64,000 nt of DNA from a virus (lineage: Duplodnaviria; Caudoviricetes): the IMG/VR virus record IMGVR_UViG_3300028628_000004. The stretch is one strand, 5' to 3'. This document shows positions 1-8,735 of the stretch, in pieces. A program made the position numbers and the translations under genes. Numbering within the stretch: the stretch's first letter is position 1; each line of letters opens with the position of its first letter. Below the pieces are notes generated by a model. That model was not told where the DNA came from. It saw only the letters and a program-made list of their open reading frames with translations, and ran no database searches.

Positions 1-150
1 CATCTGGCGTGGAAGCGTGCCTGGGACCATGCTGACGAACTCAACGAGCAGCATAACGAGGACCATATCTCGTTCTGTGTAGTGAAATACTGCCAGCACT
101 ACTATGTCTTCGACAAGGTTGTGGCTCGCAAGCTGAAACTTATTCCTTGA
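1..150 (+). CDS. partial hypothetical protein (3' end, ...KVVARKLKLIP*)
   Basis: Open frame from base 1 to TGA 148-150, which overlaps the -35 of the next promoter. Confidence 0.6.
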   Translation, partial: HLAWKRAWDHADELNEQHNEDHISFCVVKYCQHYYVFDKVVARKLKLIP

Positions 151-195
151 CTTCCGTCGCCGTCTGATATACTCTACCCAACAAGAAAGAAACCC

Positions 196-420
196 ATGTC
201 CCCCTTCGTCCCCATTCTTCTCAACCGTGGCTTCTGCATGGGCGCTTCTGGGCGCTTCTTCAACTCCGATGCTCTCCGCACCGACAGCGGCATCACGGTC
301 GAGCTTCGTGACGAGGGGGCTGTGGTGTCTGTGGTGTTCAATGGCGACCTGAAGATGAACATGACCTTCCCCGACACCCCCGAGGGCGTGCAGGAGTTCC
401 GAGCGGTTCTTCCCGCTTGA
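196..420 (+). CDS. hypothetical early protein
   Basis: Own promoter (147-173), GAAAGAAA leader, GC3-biased codons. Confidence 0.75.
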   Translation: MSPFVPILLNRGFCMGASGRFFNSDALRTDSGITVELRDEGAVVSVVFNGDLKMNMTFPDTPEGVQEFRAVLPA

Positions 421-466
421 CTTTCGCCGCCAGCCCATACAATCAACCTCACAAGGAAACAAACAC

Positions 467-655
467 ATGAAGGTTCTCGCTGCTCTCTTTCTCATCGTCC
501 TCCTGCTGGGTGTCGTCTTCGGCATCTCCTGCTGGGTGATGATCGTCGGCTGGGGCGTCACTCCCGCTTCCTGGGGTGTCATCATCGGCGGCTTCCTGCT
601 CAACCTGTTCGTGATGACTGGTGTGGAACTCGTCAAGAGCGCCATCAAGAACTGA
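467..655 (+). CDS. small two-TM membrane protein
   Basis: Two hydrophobic segments; AAGGA RBS; own promoter. Confidence 0.75.
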   Translation: MKVLAALFLIVLLLGVVFGISCWVMIVGWGVTPASWGVIIGGFLLNLFVMTGVELVKSAIKN

Positions 656-658
656 ACC

Positions 659-919
659 ATGCGACACTACCTCATCCAAGTCGGCTCCCACACGCTCTTC
701 GTTGACCGCATCGACGGCTACGGGAAGATCGCTCCTGCCATGATGAGCCAAGAAGAGAAGCGGTTTCGTTTCCCCCTCTACCTGACCAATGGCACGCAGC
801 TTCATGTCGAGGGGACCGAGGCTCAGTGTGTCGAGGAACAGGCGATGCTGCTGGAGCGGCTGGAGAGCATCTCCGATCCCGAGACTGACGAGAGCCACCC
901 ACAAGGCATGAGCGGCTAA
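659..919 (+). CDS. hypothetical protein
   Basis: Tight operon packing, codon bias. Confidence 0.65.
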   Translation: MRHYLIQVGSHTLFVDRIDGYGKIAPAMMSQEEKRFRFPLYLTNGTQLHVEGTEAQCVEEQAMLLERLESISDPETDESHPQGMSG

Positions 920-922
920 GCC

Positions 923-1150
923 ATGCACTACCGCAAGCTGTATCTCTGGCGTGTCAAGGTCCGTGGCATGCTTTTCTGGTGCCATGAAGCGACCCAGGAG
1001 GCTGCTCTGGTCAATCTGGAGAAGCAGACCGATGCCCCCTTGCGCGAATGGTGCCTGGAGTGGAGCATCAAGAACCTTGACGGCTCCGACATTCCCGAGG
1101 ACGAGTTGATCCACATCTGCTTCGACGGGAAGCTGGACAAAGGGGATTGA
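923..1150 (+). CDS. hypothetical protein
   Basis: Tight operon packing. Confidence 0.65.
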   Translation: MHYRKLYLWRVKVRGMLFWCHEATQEAALVNLEKQTDAPLREWCLEWSIKNLDGSDIPEDELIHICFDGKLDKGD

Positions 1151-1151
1151 C

Positions 1152-1340
1152 ATGAACATTTTGTCTGGACTTCTCTGCGCCCTGCTCTCAATCCCCGCCT
1201 GTATCTTGGCAGCGGCTCTGATCGTCTTTCTGTTCGCCCTGGTGATTGCGATTACTTCTGCGATTCTTCTTGTTGCGCTGGCAGTGGGCATCGTAGCAGT
1301 TCCCATTGTCATTCTGTGGGTTGGGCTGACAACGGATTAG
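1152..1340 (+). CDS. very hydrophobic small membrane protein
   Basis: ~55 consecutive hydrophobic residues; abuts previous stop. Confidence 0.6.
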   Translation: MNILSGLLCALLSIPACILAAALIVFLFALVIAITSAILLVALAVGIVAVPIVILWVGLTTD

Positions 1341-1377
1341 CATTTGACATTGGCGGGAAGTCGCTACACTTACCAGC

Positions 1378-1632
1378 ATGAGCAACGACCTACCCCTCAT
1401 CCTCTCCAACGCCATCTTCTCGGGTGACATGCGCCCCCTGCGCGAGCGGGTCAGTGCTGACCCCTCGCTCAAGTCGCTTTCCTTCACCTACTCCTATACC
1501 CAGGAGTTAGGCAGCGATGGCTGCTGGGATCGCACCGTGACCGAAACTGCGACCATCGACAAGTTCCTGAAGGCTGGCATCAAGAACTCTGGCAACCGCT
1601 GCTACAACTACTATCTTGTAAAGGTTGGCTGA
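1378..1632 (+). CDS. hypothetical early protein (leaderless)
   Basis: ATG 7 nt after -10 TACACT. Confidence 0.75.
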   Translation: MSNDLPLILSNAIFSGDMRPLRERVSADPSLKSLSFTYSYTQELGSDGCWDRTVTETATIDKFLKAGIKNSGNRCYNYYLVKVG

Positions 1633-1635
1633 GTC

Positions 1636-1827
1636 ATGAGCGAACCAACCAACGAAACCAAGCTGTTTCATGTGCTGTGGAATGTCGCTCGCCAGGAGCT
1701 TTGCACGAAAGCCCACAAAAAGGACGCCAAGTGCATCGTGTTGGTCACGGAGCCTGACTTCAAGCAAGTTGCGGCTGCCCTACTCCAAAACGACGAGTTC
1801 ATGGAACTCATCAAAACTCTCTCTTGA
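1636..1827 (+). CDS. hypothetical protein
   Basis: Operon packing; stop inside next -35. Confidence 0.65.
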   Translation: MSEPTNETKLFHVLWNVARQELCTKAHKKDAKCIVLVTEPDFKQVAAALLQNDEFMELIKTLS

Positions 1828-1858
1828 CATTGGCTCCCCAACTCCTACAATGACCCAC

Positions 1859-2122
1859 ATGAGCAACATCAAGCCCCTCTCCGCTGGCACCCTCACCGAG
1901 TCGATGATCTGCGGCAAGCGTCTGCCCATCAAGATCCTGAGTGCCAAGCTCCCAGCCGATCCCCGCAGCTTCATGGGCAACGAGTACGAGTGCGCCTATG
2001 TCGGCACCGAGAAGGTCTGCCTGGACTTCGGGCAGAACTGGTACGCCAGCCCTGGCGACAAGTTCACGGTCCACCAGCGCAACATCGACTCTGCTGCCGA
2101 GTGGAAGGCAAAGGGCTATTGA
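1859..2122 (+). CDS. hypothetical early protein (leaderless, MSNIKPL...)
   Basis: ATG 7 nt after TACAAT; start shortened from track ORF 1670..2122. Confidence 0.75.
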   Translation: MSNIKPLSAGTLTESMICGKRLPIKILSAKLPADPRSFMGNEYECAYVGTEKVCLDFGQNWYASPGDKFTVHQRNIDSAAEWKAKGY

Positions 2123-2164
2123 CAATCGGTTGAAAGCCATATACTCCACACAACGAAAGAAACC

Positions 2165-2647
2165 ATGAGCAACAACCCCGAATCCTATGCCCGTCTTCCC
2201 GTCACCAAGCTCGCCAGCATGATCAACGGGCTGTATAAGCGTATCGTGCGTGTCAGCCACGCCAATACGCTGAATAAGCTGATGAGATACTACGAGGTCT
2301 ATCGCAAGTCATTCATGCTGCGCCTGCGAGTACGCCTGTTCGGCGGAACTCCCCTTGATTTCCACGCATGGGTCAAGGAAAGGAAGCAGGAGCATCGCAA
2401 CGCTGGCATCTTCGATACTACGATCTTTTGGCGCTGCTTCGATGACCGAACCTATGCCACGCTCATCGGCAACATGGAGAACCTCGTCAAGTATTCGGAC
2501 GAGTATGTCCTTCTGGCTGACACTGATCTGGCGTGCCTGACTGACGCAATCGCCAAGGGCGAGAAGCTCAAGGAAGCCGACGAGTATCTGGCGAAGATGG
2601 AAGCCGAGTATCCTGGCATCTACGACACGCTCACGAAGAATGATTGA
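2165..2647 (+). CDS. hypothetical early protein
   Basis: Own promoter, GAAAGAAACC leader. Confidence 0.75.
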   Translation: MSNNPESYARLPVTKLASMINGLYKRIVRVSHANTLNKLMRYYEVYRKSFMLRLRVRLFGGTPLDFHAWVKERKQEHRNAGIFDTTIFWRCFDDRTYATLIGNMENLVKYSDEYVLLADTDLACLTDAIAKGEKLKEADEYLAKMEAEYPGIYDTLTKND

Positions 2648-2677
2648 CATGCGGCTGAAAGTCGCTATACTGCGAGC

Positions 2678-2959
2678 ATGAACACCGAAGCCATCACCCG
2701 CCGAGTCGCTTCCGAGAAAACCGAGGACGGCGATCTGCTGCTCACCTGGGAAGTCCGAGCCAAGGGCTTCGATTCCGCCCGCAAGTGGATGCAGGAGGCG
2801 GATCGCTGGATCGAAACTTGGACCGCCTGTGGCGATGGCTGGCTCGTCGCTCGCTACTGCGTCCTCGTGGATGGCGCTGAAGTCGCCATAGAAGCCCACA
2901 ACGATGAATGGGCGAGCCGACAGCAAGAGATTGAGGATGCTGGACGGGGCTGCTGGTAA
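2678..2959 (+). CDS. hypothetical early protein (leaderless)
   Basis: ATG 6 nt after TATACT. Confidence 0.75.
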   Translation: MNTEAITRRVASEKTEDGDLLLTWEVRAKGFDSARKWMQEADRWIETWTACGDGWLVARYCVLVDGAEVAIEAHNDEWASRQQEIEDAGRGCW

Positions 2960-3000
2960 TAGTCGCTTGACATTCACTCCCAACCCATACAATCAAACCC

Positions 3001-3333
3001 ATGACCGACATTCAGACCTTTTCCCGCCTGACCCCCACCGAGAAGCGCATCGAAAGCTACGCCACCATGCCCAACGGCATGCGGCTGTCGATGGTCACTC
3101 ACAAGACCTTCGATGGGCTGCTCGTCACCCGCGTATCGGCTGCCCGAGTCGAGGACGGCTTCGTCAAGTATGTCATGGGACGGGACTACAATGTTGTCCT
3201 TGAGCGTGCGAAAAAGCGATGCACCAGCAAGAATGTTCAGGAGCAGCATGACTTCCACCTGAAGGACTTCCCGATCCTGATGGAAGCGGCGACCAAGTAT
3301 TACGGCGTGACCATCGTTCAGATTGGCGCTTGA
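3001..3333 (+). CDS. hypothetical early protein (leaderless)
   Basis: ATG 7 nt after TACAAT; ends GCT-TGA in next -35. Confidence 0.75.
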   Translation: MTDIQTFSRLTPTEKRIESYATMPNGMRLSMVTHKTFDGLLVTRVSAARVEDGFVKYVMGRDYNVVLERAKKRCTSKNVQEQHDFHLKDFPILMEAATKYYGVTIVQIGA

Positions 3334-3363
3334 CAACGGCTCCCGAGCCATACAATCAAGCCC

Positions 3364-3501
3364 ATGAGAAAAGAACTCGCTGACGCTGCCAAGAAGCTCG
3401 ACGCTGCTCGTCAGGCGCTTGCCGACAACCCCAAGAGCAACAAGGCGCTGGAAGCCTTGGTCGATGCCGAGCAGGCTTACCGAGAGGCTGCGAGTCGGTG
3501 A
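3364..3501 (+). CDS. 45-aa helical protein MRKELADAAKK... (leaderless)
   Basis: Below track cutoff; ATG 7 nt after TACAAT. Confidence 0.65.
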   Translation: MRKELADAAKKLDAARQALADNPKSNKALEALVDAEQAYREAASR

Positions 3502-3545
3502 GTCACACAGCAAGCGCGCCCGTCTCACACACCTGAAAGAAACTT

Positions 3546-3743
3546 ATGAGCAACAAGATCACCCGCTACACCTGCTCCGAGTGCGATGAGGGCAACGGCA
3601 TGTTTGCCGACATGGTTGAGAGTTCGTATGGCTCCTATGTCAGCATCTACGACCTCCAGAACAAGCTGAAGCATATGCTTGAGGATGCGTGTGATCCAGG
3701 CGAGAAGGACGCGATCAACAAGATGCTTGACTTGCTGAAATAG
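3546..3743 (+). CDS. small CxxC protein
   Basis: GAAAGAAA leader; CSEC motif. Confidence 0.65.
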   Translation: MSNKITRYTCSECDEGNGMFADMVESSYGSYVSIYDLQNKLKHMLEDACDPGEKDAINKMLDLLK

Positions 3744-3759
3744 GTGTTATGATTACACT

Positions 3760-4117
3760 CGTCAAGGGGCGGGGCAGAGTAGAAGCCGAAATGTCCGTAA
3801 GTCCCCTTGACATATGTTGGGTGCCAATAGCGAATAGAGGACGGAAGTCATGACTCCGCTCCTGAACTGGGGGTAAGAACCCCAGCCCGACACCAAACGA
3901 GAGACGAGTCCGGCGGACCAGAGGACTGGGACGTAATACGCCTGCACTCTCGCTAATAAAAAGCAGGACGTTATGGGGTGAGGACGCTAGTAGGAGAGGG
4001 GTAGTGATCCTCTTCGGGCGCGTCAAAGAACACGGGAGTCACTTCCCGTAAGCTTGTAGCCAACCAAGCCCATCCCAGTATCTCGAAACTCCTGGGCAAA
4101 TGCCTGGGAGTTTTTTG
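3760..4117 (+). ncRNA. unclassified ~350-nt structured RNA
   Basis: Promoter TTGACT 3727 / TATGAT 3748; no credible + ORF; several nested stems; ends in an intrinsic terminator. Confidence 0.75.
4086..4117 (+). terminator. intrinsic terminator
   Basis: AAACTCCTGGGC-AAAT-GCCTGGGAGTTT hairpin followed by T-tract. Confidence 0.8.
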
Positions 4118-4152
4118 TTTGACTTCTCCTGCCGCTTCATATACTCACACAC

Positions 4153-4386
4153 ATGAACATCGCGCTCGAAATCCCCCGATCTGTCACCGTCAGCGACATC
4201 GGCACCTACGATGGTGTCGAGTGGTTCCGCACCTTCGTTCCTGACCTGGGCTACGACACCTACAAGGCGCTGCCCCGCGTCGTGAGCTACAAGGGCAAGT
4301 CCTTTGTCAAGATGAGCTACAACACTGACAACGGCAGTGTGTCATACAAGGCATCAACCGCTTACGCGGTGGAGGCTTCCAAGTGA
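4153..4386 (+). CDS. hypothetical early protein (leaderless)
   Basis: ATG 7 nt after TATACT. Confidence 0.75.
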   Translation: MNIALEIPRSVTVSDIGTYDGVEWFRTFVPDLGYDTYKALPRVVSYKGKSFVKMSYNTDNGSVSYKASTAYAVEASK

Positions 4387-4646
4387 CCAACATTCTCAAA
4401 TCTGGCGACCAAGTAATCGCCTCGCGCACCGTCCTCAAGCCTGAGCATGTTCGCAATAACGGCGAGGTAATCCCCGAGCGGCTCAAGACCACCATTCGCG
4501 AGGGTAGGCTGCTTCATCGTGCCAAGGGTGGCTGGATCGTGGAATGGCGTGGAGCATCTCGTAGGAGCTACACCGAGCATTTCTTCGACCACGAGATTAC
4601 CAAGGTCGGTACTAACCCCCTGCTACTGGAAGCCAGCGATAAATAA
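4383..4646 (+). CDS. hypothetical protein
   Basis: GTGA overlap coupling. Confidence 0.6.
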   Translation: MTNILKSGDQVIASRTVLKPEHVRNNGEVIPERLKTTIREGRLLHRAKGGWIVEWRGASRRSYTEHFFDHEITKVGTNPLLLEASDK

Positions 4647-4701
4647 TAATGATTGCCTAACGCAATCTTTATCATATACTAACAGAACAAGGAGAACACA
4701 A

Positions 4702-4884
4702 GTGTCGAAGAGTTGGAAAATGGGCGCGGACAAGTTCGCTCGCGCAGCCAAGAAGCAAATCAAAGTCAAGCGCAACCACCTAGAGTGGGATGACGAGGAT
4801 GACAATGATGACTACTCTAGCAGCGTCAAGCGAAACACTGAGCCAGTCGAAAGCGACAGCCCAGAAGCCACTTCGCATCGCTGA
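4702..4884 (+). CDS. small basic/acidic protein MSKSWKMG...
   Basis: AGGAG RBS, GTG start, promoter at ~4653. Confidence 0.6.
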   Translation: MSKSWKMGADKFARAAKKQIKVKRNHLEWDDEDDNDDYSSSVKRNTEPVESDSPEATSHR

Positions 4885-5029
4885 TCCGTTCGCTGAAACT
4901 GACATCTTGGATGCAGTGGAAGTCGAGCCAATAGAGCTTGACAAGCGACTTCCGTTCTTCAAGCATCTTGACGGCATGGTGTCTCTCCGTAGGCAATGGA
5001 GCAAGTTCTGGCGCTATACAGACACTTGA
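4790..5029 (+). CDS. hypothetical protein overlapping previous ORF
   Basis: Stop falls in next -35, as typical for the array; start uncertain. Confidence 0.45.
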   Translation: MTRMTMMTTLAASSETLSQSKATAQKPLRIADPFAETDILDAVEVEPIELDKRLPFFKHLDGMVSLRRQWSKFWRYTDT

Positions 5030-5059
5030 CATTGGCTCCCTGTTGATATACTACGAAGC

Positions 5060-5194
5060 ATGAAGCACAAGCACGAAACCACCGACCAGCAAGCTGCCCG
5101 CGCCAATCGGCGCTGGATGCCTCCCCCGAAGCGCGTGTTCAAGGACAAGAACCGCTACGACCGCAAGGTGATGAAGCGGGAGTCGTTCGAGTGA
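5060..5194 (+). CDS. 44-aa basic peptide (…PKRVFKDKNRYDRK…), weak ArfA-like resemblance
   Basis: Leaderless start 7 nt after TATACT; below track cutoff. Confidence 0.6.
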   Translation: MKHKHETTDQQAARANRRWMPPPKRVFKDKNRYDRKVMKRESFE

Positions 5195-5340
5195 CCGTCC
5201 TCTACTTCCTCATCGGATTTCTGGCTCTCATCGGGCTGCTCGCCATCTGTTTCGTCATTCGTCGCTTTCTGGCGACCATCAAGTACATTCTTGATACGCC
5301 AAAGGTGATTGACGAGTTTATCAACGGCAAGAGGCACTGA
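5191..5340 (+). CDS. small single-TM protein
   Basis: GTGA overlap; hydrophobic N-terminus. Confidence 0.5.
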   Translation: MTVLYFLIGFLALIGLLAICFVIRRFLATIKYILDTPKVIDEFINGKRH

Positions 5341-5403
5341 CCAGACTCTCCTTGATTTTCGCTTCCTGCTTCATACAATCATCATAGAAAAGGAGTCTAA
5401 GCC

Positions 5404-5607
5404 ATGTTCATGGTCAAGAATACCCACAACGAGTTTTTGAGCGTCGAGCCGAGGAAGTTCACCAACGTTCCTGCTGTCGTGGCTCGCTTCGTCAATGAGA
5501 CGAGCATGCGGAGCTACATCAAGGACAACCATCCCGAGGTTGCTGCTGGCACCAAGCTGGAAATGGTCGATATGGACTCTGGTCGCATCACCGAGGTCGT
5601 GCTGTGA
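5404..5607 (+). CDS. hypothetical protein
   Basis: AAGGAG RBS; own promoter. Confidence 0.7.
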   Translation: MFMVKNTHNEFLSVEPRKFTNVPAVVARFVNETSMRSYIKDNHPEVAAGTKLEMVDMDSGRITEVVL

Positions 5608-5990
5608 GCCTGGAGAGCTACTGGAACCGAGTTCGCGGCTTTTTGACCCGACATGGTGGCGTACAGGATCAAAGTGACCATAACCGCACGCGGCAGGGCG
5701 AGCATTGGGAGCTTCCTGTAGTCGCTCATGGGCGAGCGGGAAAGCTGCTCATCAGTTTCCATCCCGAGTGCCAGAGTCGAGCGATTTACCAGTGCTTCGA
5801 CAGCGGCTTGGGGCGACACATTGCAATGGAAAATGACTTCCGTACCAATGGTGTGTCATACAAGGGTTTAGTCTTTTCTCCTTTTTCGTATAAATGGAAC
5901 CTGTTGGCGAGTCGCGATGTTGACCTGAACAGGTGGGAAAGTGCGCTGCTGGAAGTGGTGCCGAAGAAGTCGCTCGCTGCTGTCGCTTGA
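5604..5990 (+). CDS. hypothetical protein
   Basis: GTGA overlap; ends LAAVA in next -35. Confidence 0.65.
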   Translation: MSLESYWNRVRGFLTRHGGVQDQSDHNRTRQGEHWELPVVAHGRAGKLLISFHPECQSRAIYQCFDSGLGRHIAMENDFRTNGVSYKGLVFSPFSYKWNLLASRDVDLNRWESALLEVVPKKSLAAVA

Positions 5991-6020
5991 CTTCCCTCCC
6001 CGAGTGATACAATCACTTCC

Positions 6021-6239
6021 ATGAGAAACTCATACACCGTCAATGTCCCACCCACCCGTGACCAGGGTGCCAGTGCCTTCTACGCTGCTGCGAGCTATAT
6101 GCAGACCATGCGGAAGGATGCACTTGACACTTATAATCGCATGCGGGCGCACGATGGGCAACCTCCGTTAGAAAAAATGCCAAACGGAACCAAGTATATC
6201 CGCAACAAGCGGGCGACCATCGTTCACAACGCTCCTTGA
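6021..6239 (+). CDS. hypothetical early protein (leaderless)
   Basis: ATG 7 nt after TACAAT. Confidence 0.7.
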   Translation: MRNSYTVNVPPTRDQGASAFYAAASYMQTMRKDALDTYNRMRAHDGQPPLEKMPNGTKYIRNKRATIVHNAP

Positions 6240-6290
6240 CTTCCCCTTCACAATCCCTACAATACAAGCGTAAGGAAAGGAGAAAGCCAC

Positions 6291-6560
6291 ATGAGCATCG
6301 ACCGCATGAAAATCGCAAGCTGCTGGAAGCTGCGCCATAAGCCTCTGTGGCGTAGCCTGATACGAGCCTACATCGGCAACGAGAAGGGTGGCGGGCGGGT
6401 TGCTCTAAAAGACATGCCCAACGAAGTTGCGAAATACTGGAAGCACAACGATGATTATGTCATCGGTCCTGGGCTGAGTCACTACCTCAAACTGATGCTG
6501 ATGGACACCAACCTCGACCGACTCCTGACTCTGGGTGTCAAGATAAATCTGGAGGCTTAG
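6291..6560 (+). CDS. hypothetical protein
   Basis: AAGGAG RBS; own promoter. Confidence 0.65.
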   Translation: MSIDRMKIASCWKLRHKPLWRSLIRAYIGNEKGGGRVALKDMPNEVAKYWKHNDDYVIGPGLSHYLKLMLMDTNLDRLLTLGVKINLEA

Positions 6561-7306
6561 AAGGTGTCCAAGTCAGCCTGTGGCACTTCACGGTTCGCTG
6601 CCTGACTCTTGACAAGCTCCTGACCGATTGGGTTCTTGGGAGTGCCAGAGAAAAACTTATTGACTTTCTCAACCATGTAGTCAACGTCCAGCTTGCCTGG
6701 GTTGTTATCGACTACGATGCAGTTCTCACCGAATAGTTGGTGATACTTGGGTATATTGTCCTGAACCTGCTTCCAGATTTCTTCAACACTTCCCGAGCCA
6801 TGTGCAGGCAACTTGCGGTCACGCTTTGCATTGCGCTCCTGGGCGACATCCAGCGAGGTAGAAACAACAAGTATCATGGTGTCGTAGCCGAGGCTTTCAA
6901 GCTTCTCTTTGCGAATAACCATGTTCTTGTAGTTCTTGCCAGTGCCGTCTATAAGTATTGGAAGATAGGAGTTGAGGTAGTTTTTGAGGAACTGCTTGAT
7001 ACTCTCCAGTGCCTTATTGCGTATGTCAAGCTGCTTGGTGCGTAAATCCTTCTCTTCTGGACTTGGCGCGTTCTCTGGTGGAATGACTTGGGGCAGATTA
7101 GCGACTTGGAGCTTCTTGACGAATAGCTTGTCGCTATCAACGACCTTTGGCTGTGGATAGACATTATCCATGAGCTTCTTGACAACGTAGCTCTTGCCGC
7201 TGCCAGGACCGCCACATAATAAGATGGCTCGTAGTTGTCCTGCATCTGTAATAGCCTCATCAACAAGTCCAAGGGCTTCCAGCATCTTTGCGCGAATAGG
7301 GTCCAT
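6557..7306 (-). CDS. P-loop kinase, zeta-toxin/AAA_33-like
   Basis: Walker A GGPGSGKS, VDSD, LIDGTG, AQERNAKRDR; AGGAG RBS and TATAAATA upstream. Confidence 0.85.
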   Translation of the reverse strand: MDPIRAKMLEALGLVDEAITDAGQLRAILLCGGPGSGKSYVVKKLMDNVYPQPKVVDSDKLFVKKLQVANLPQVIPPENAPSPEEKDLRTKQLDIRNKALESIKQFLKNYLNSYLPILIDGTGKNYKNMVIRKEKLESLGYDTMILVVSTSLDVAQERNAKRDRKLPAHGSGSVEEIWKQVQDNIPKYHQLFGENCIVVDNNPGKLDVDYMVEKVNKFFSGTPKNPIGQELVKSQAANREVPQADLDTF

Positions 7307-7325
7307 AAGTATCTCCTGACTTGGT

Positions 7326-7333
7326 TATTTATA
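7326..7333 (-). promoter_or_regulatory. T4-type late promoter TATAAATA
   Basis: Perfect motif ~20 nt upstream of the kinase ATG. Confidence 0.75.
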
Positions 7334-7371
7334 GGGACTTGACTTTGCTTGGGAGTTGCTATGATGCTGGT

Positions 7372-7548
7372 ATGAGCGAACCATCGAAGGAATATGTCGA
7401 GGGGCAGACCCAGGCGATGGAAGATGACTTCCACGGTGTCTCACCCAGTCCATTCACCAACCCCTACGATCCTTGGTTCCCCACCCGAGCGGCTGAGTGG
7501 GAGCAGGGCTACCGTGATGCGATGAAAAAGATAAAGGCAACAGCATGA
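7372..7548 (+). CDS. Rmf/CrpP-like small protein (leaderless)
   Basis: EG..A...G....NPY.....R..EWEQGYRDA resembles the Rmf CPY...WL.GW motif; ATG 6 nt after TATGAT. Confidence 0.5.
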   Translation: MSEPSKEYVEGQTQAMEDDFHGVSPSPFTNPYDPWFPTRAAEWEQGYRDAMKKIKATA

Positions 7549-7886
7549 GCAATACTCTCCATCCATGTCTTGATACGCCATACCTCAACAAGTGCATCGA
7601 CCAAGTGTTCGGTCCACCCCTCGCCACCGAGGCAGAGGCAGATGCGGCTCGACAGGAACTTGCCTACCTCAAGCAATGCGTCAGAGACATGAAGGACCAG
7701 ATGGAGCGATCCAGCAAGGCGCTGGGTGAAGTGTCTGCTGAGCGAATGAAGTCCGTGGATAAGCTGTGTGACATACGGGACACTCTCAAGCCACACCTGA
7801 TGCCTTTGGGCGAGTGGACTTCGGGCGCTGAGTGTGCGATCCGTGAAGTGCTGGGCAAGCACTTTGGTGTTGACATCTCCAAGTGA
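7545..7886 (+). CDS. hypothetical coiled-coil protein
   Basis: ATGA overlap. Confidence 0.65.
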   Translation: MSNTLHPCLDTPYLNKCIDQVFGPPLATEAEADAARQELAYLKQCVRDMKDQMERSSKALGEVSAERMKSVDKLCDIRDTLKPHLMPLGEWTSGAECAIREVLGKHFGVDISK

Positions 7887-7903
7887 CTCCTATAATAACA
7901 CGC

Positions 7904-8233
7904 ATGATCACCTACCACACCCTCCAAGACCTCGTATTCGGCAATGGTGGGATCGCCAATGTGACCTTCATTGTTCCCACCCGACCGATTCGTGTTTGCG
8001 GTCCAATCGCATATTCTACTTCCAGTGACAAGGAAGTTCCCGTCGAGATGCAGATTGAGGACAAGCCCGAGGATGACCTTGACAGCATCCACGGCACCTA
8101 CAAGGTGCGCCTGATTCCTACCGACCCGAAGCTCCGTGCTGTGTTTGGCTACGAGCGGTTCTACCAGAGTGATCTTATGGGGATGATACGGGATGGGGTA
8201 ATCAAGGTCAAGATTGGCGAAATGGTCGCTTGA
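7904..8233 (+). CDS. hypothetical early protein (leaderless)
   Basis: ATG 7 nt after TATAAT. Confidence 0.75.
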   Translation: MITYHTLQDLVFGNGGIANVTFIVPTRPIRVCGPIAYSTSSDKEVPVEMQIEDKPEDDLDSIHGTYKVRLIPTDPKLRAVFGYERFYQSDLMGMIRDGVIKVKIGEMVA

Positions 8234-8263
8234 CATTGCTTCCCGACTCCTATAATAACCCCC

Positions 8264-8443
8264 ATGAGCCAAGACAACGACCCCACCTACACTGAGCTTC
8301 TGAACAAGAAGGTCGAGCTTCTCACGGTCATTCACGGCGCTCCCCTGGACGGTGAGGGCGCTTTCAACGCCTTCATGGCGAAGCTGGAACTGATGAATGT
8401 GGCGAAGGCGCTGAAGTCGCTCGAAGCAACCCTCCCTTTCTGA
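8264..8443 (+). CDS. 59-aa hypothetical protein (leaderless)
   Basis: ATG 7 nt after TATAAT; below track cutoff. Confidence 0.7.
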   Translation: MSQDNDPTYTELLNKKVELLTVIHGAPLDGEGAFNAFMAKLELMNVAKALKSLEATLPF

Positions 8444-8452
8444 AAGAAAAAC

Positions 8453-8698
8453 ATGAGCAAGCGCATCACCACCCCCGGTCGTATCGAGTCCTTCCAACGC
8501 ATCAAGCTCCAGGGCAACCCGTGGGAGAACGACCACTTGCAGTTTGCCCGCCTGCTGGGTGAGATGGTCGCCTGTGTTGATCTGACCCACGATCAACTCA
8601 TGGCGCTCTCTGAGAGCATGGATCTACCCATCGAAGAAATCCACAACCTCATGGACCGCGCTCAGAACGCTTGGGACGATGTGAAGGAACGAATCTGA
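8453..8698 (+). CDS. hypothetical protein
   Basis: GAAAGAAA leader. Confidence 0.7.
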   Translation: MSKRITTPGRIESFQRIKLQGNPWENDHLQFARLLGEMVACVDLTHDQLMALSESMDLPIEEIHNLMDRAQNAWDDVKERI

Positions 8699-8735
8699 CG
8701 CTTGACATTGGCTCCCAGCCGCTACAATCATACGC

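Noticed and set aside
3715-4026. - strand ORFs 3715..4026 and 3762..3947
   Set aside because: No RBS or codon bias; antisense to a promoter-terminator unit with extensive pairing
3760-4117. Calling this RNA tmRNA, RNase P or a group I/II intron
   Set aside because: No T-arm/CCA end, no GGAAAGUCC-type P4 elements, no P7 or domain V motifs, and it does not interrupt a gene
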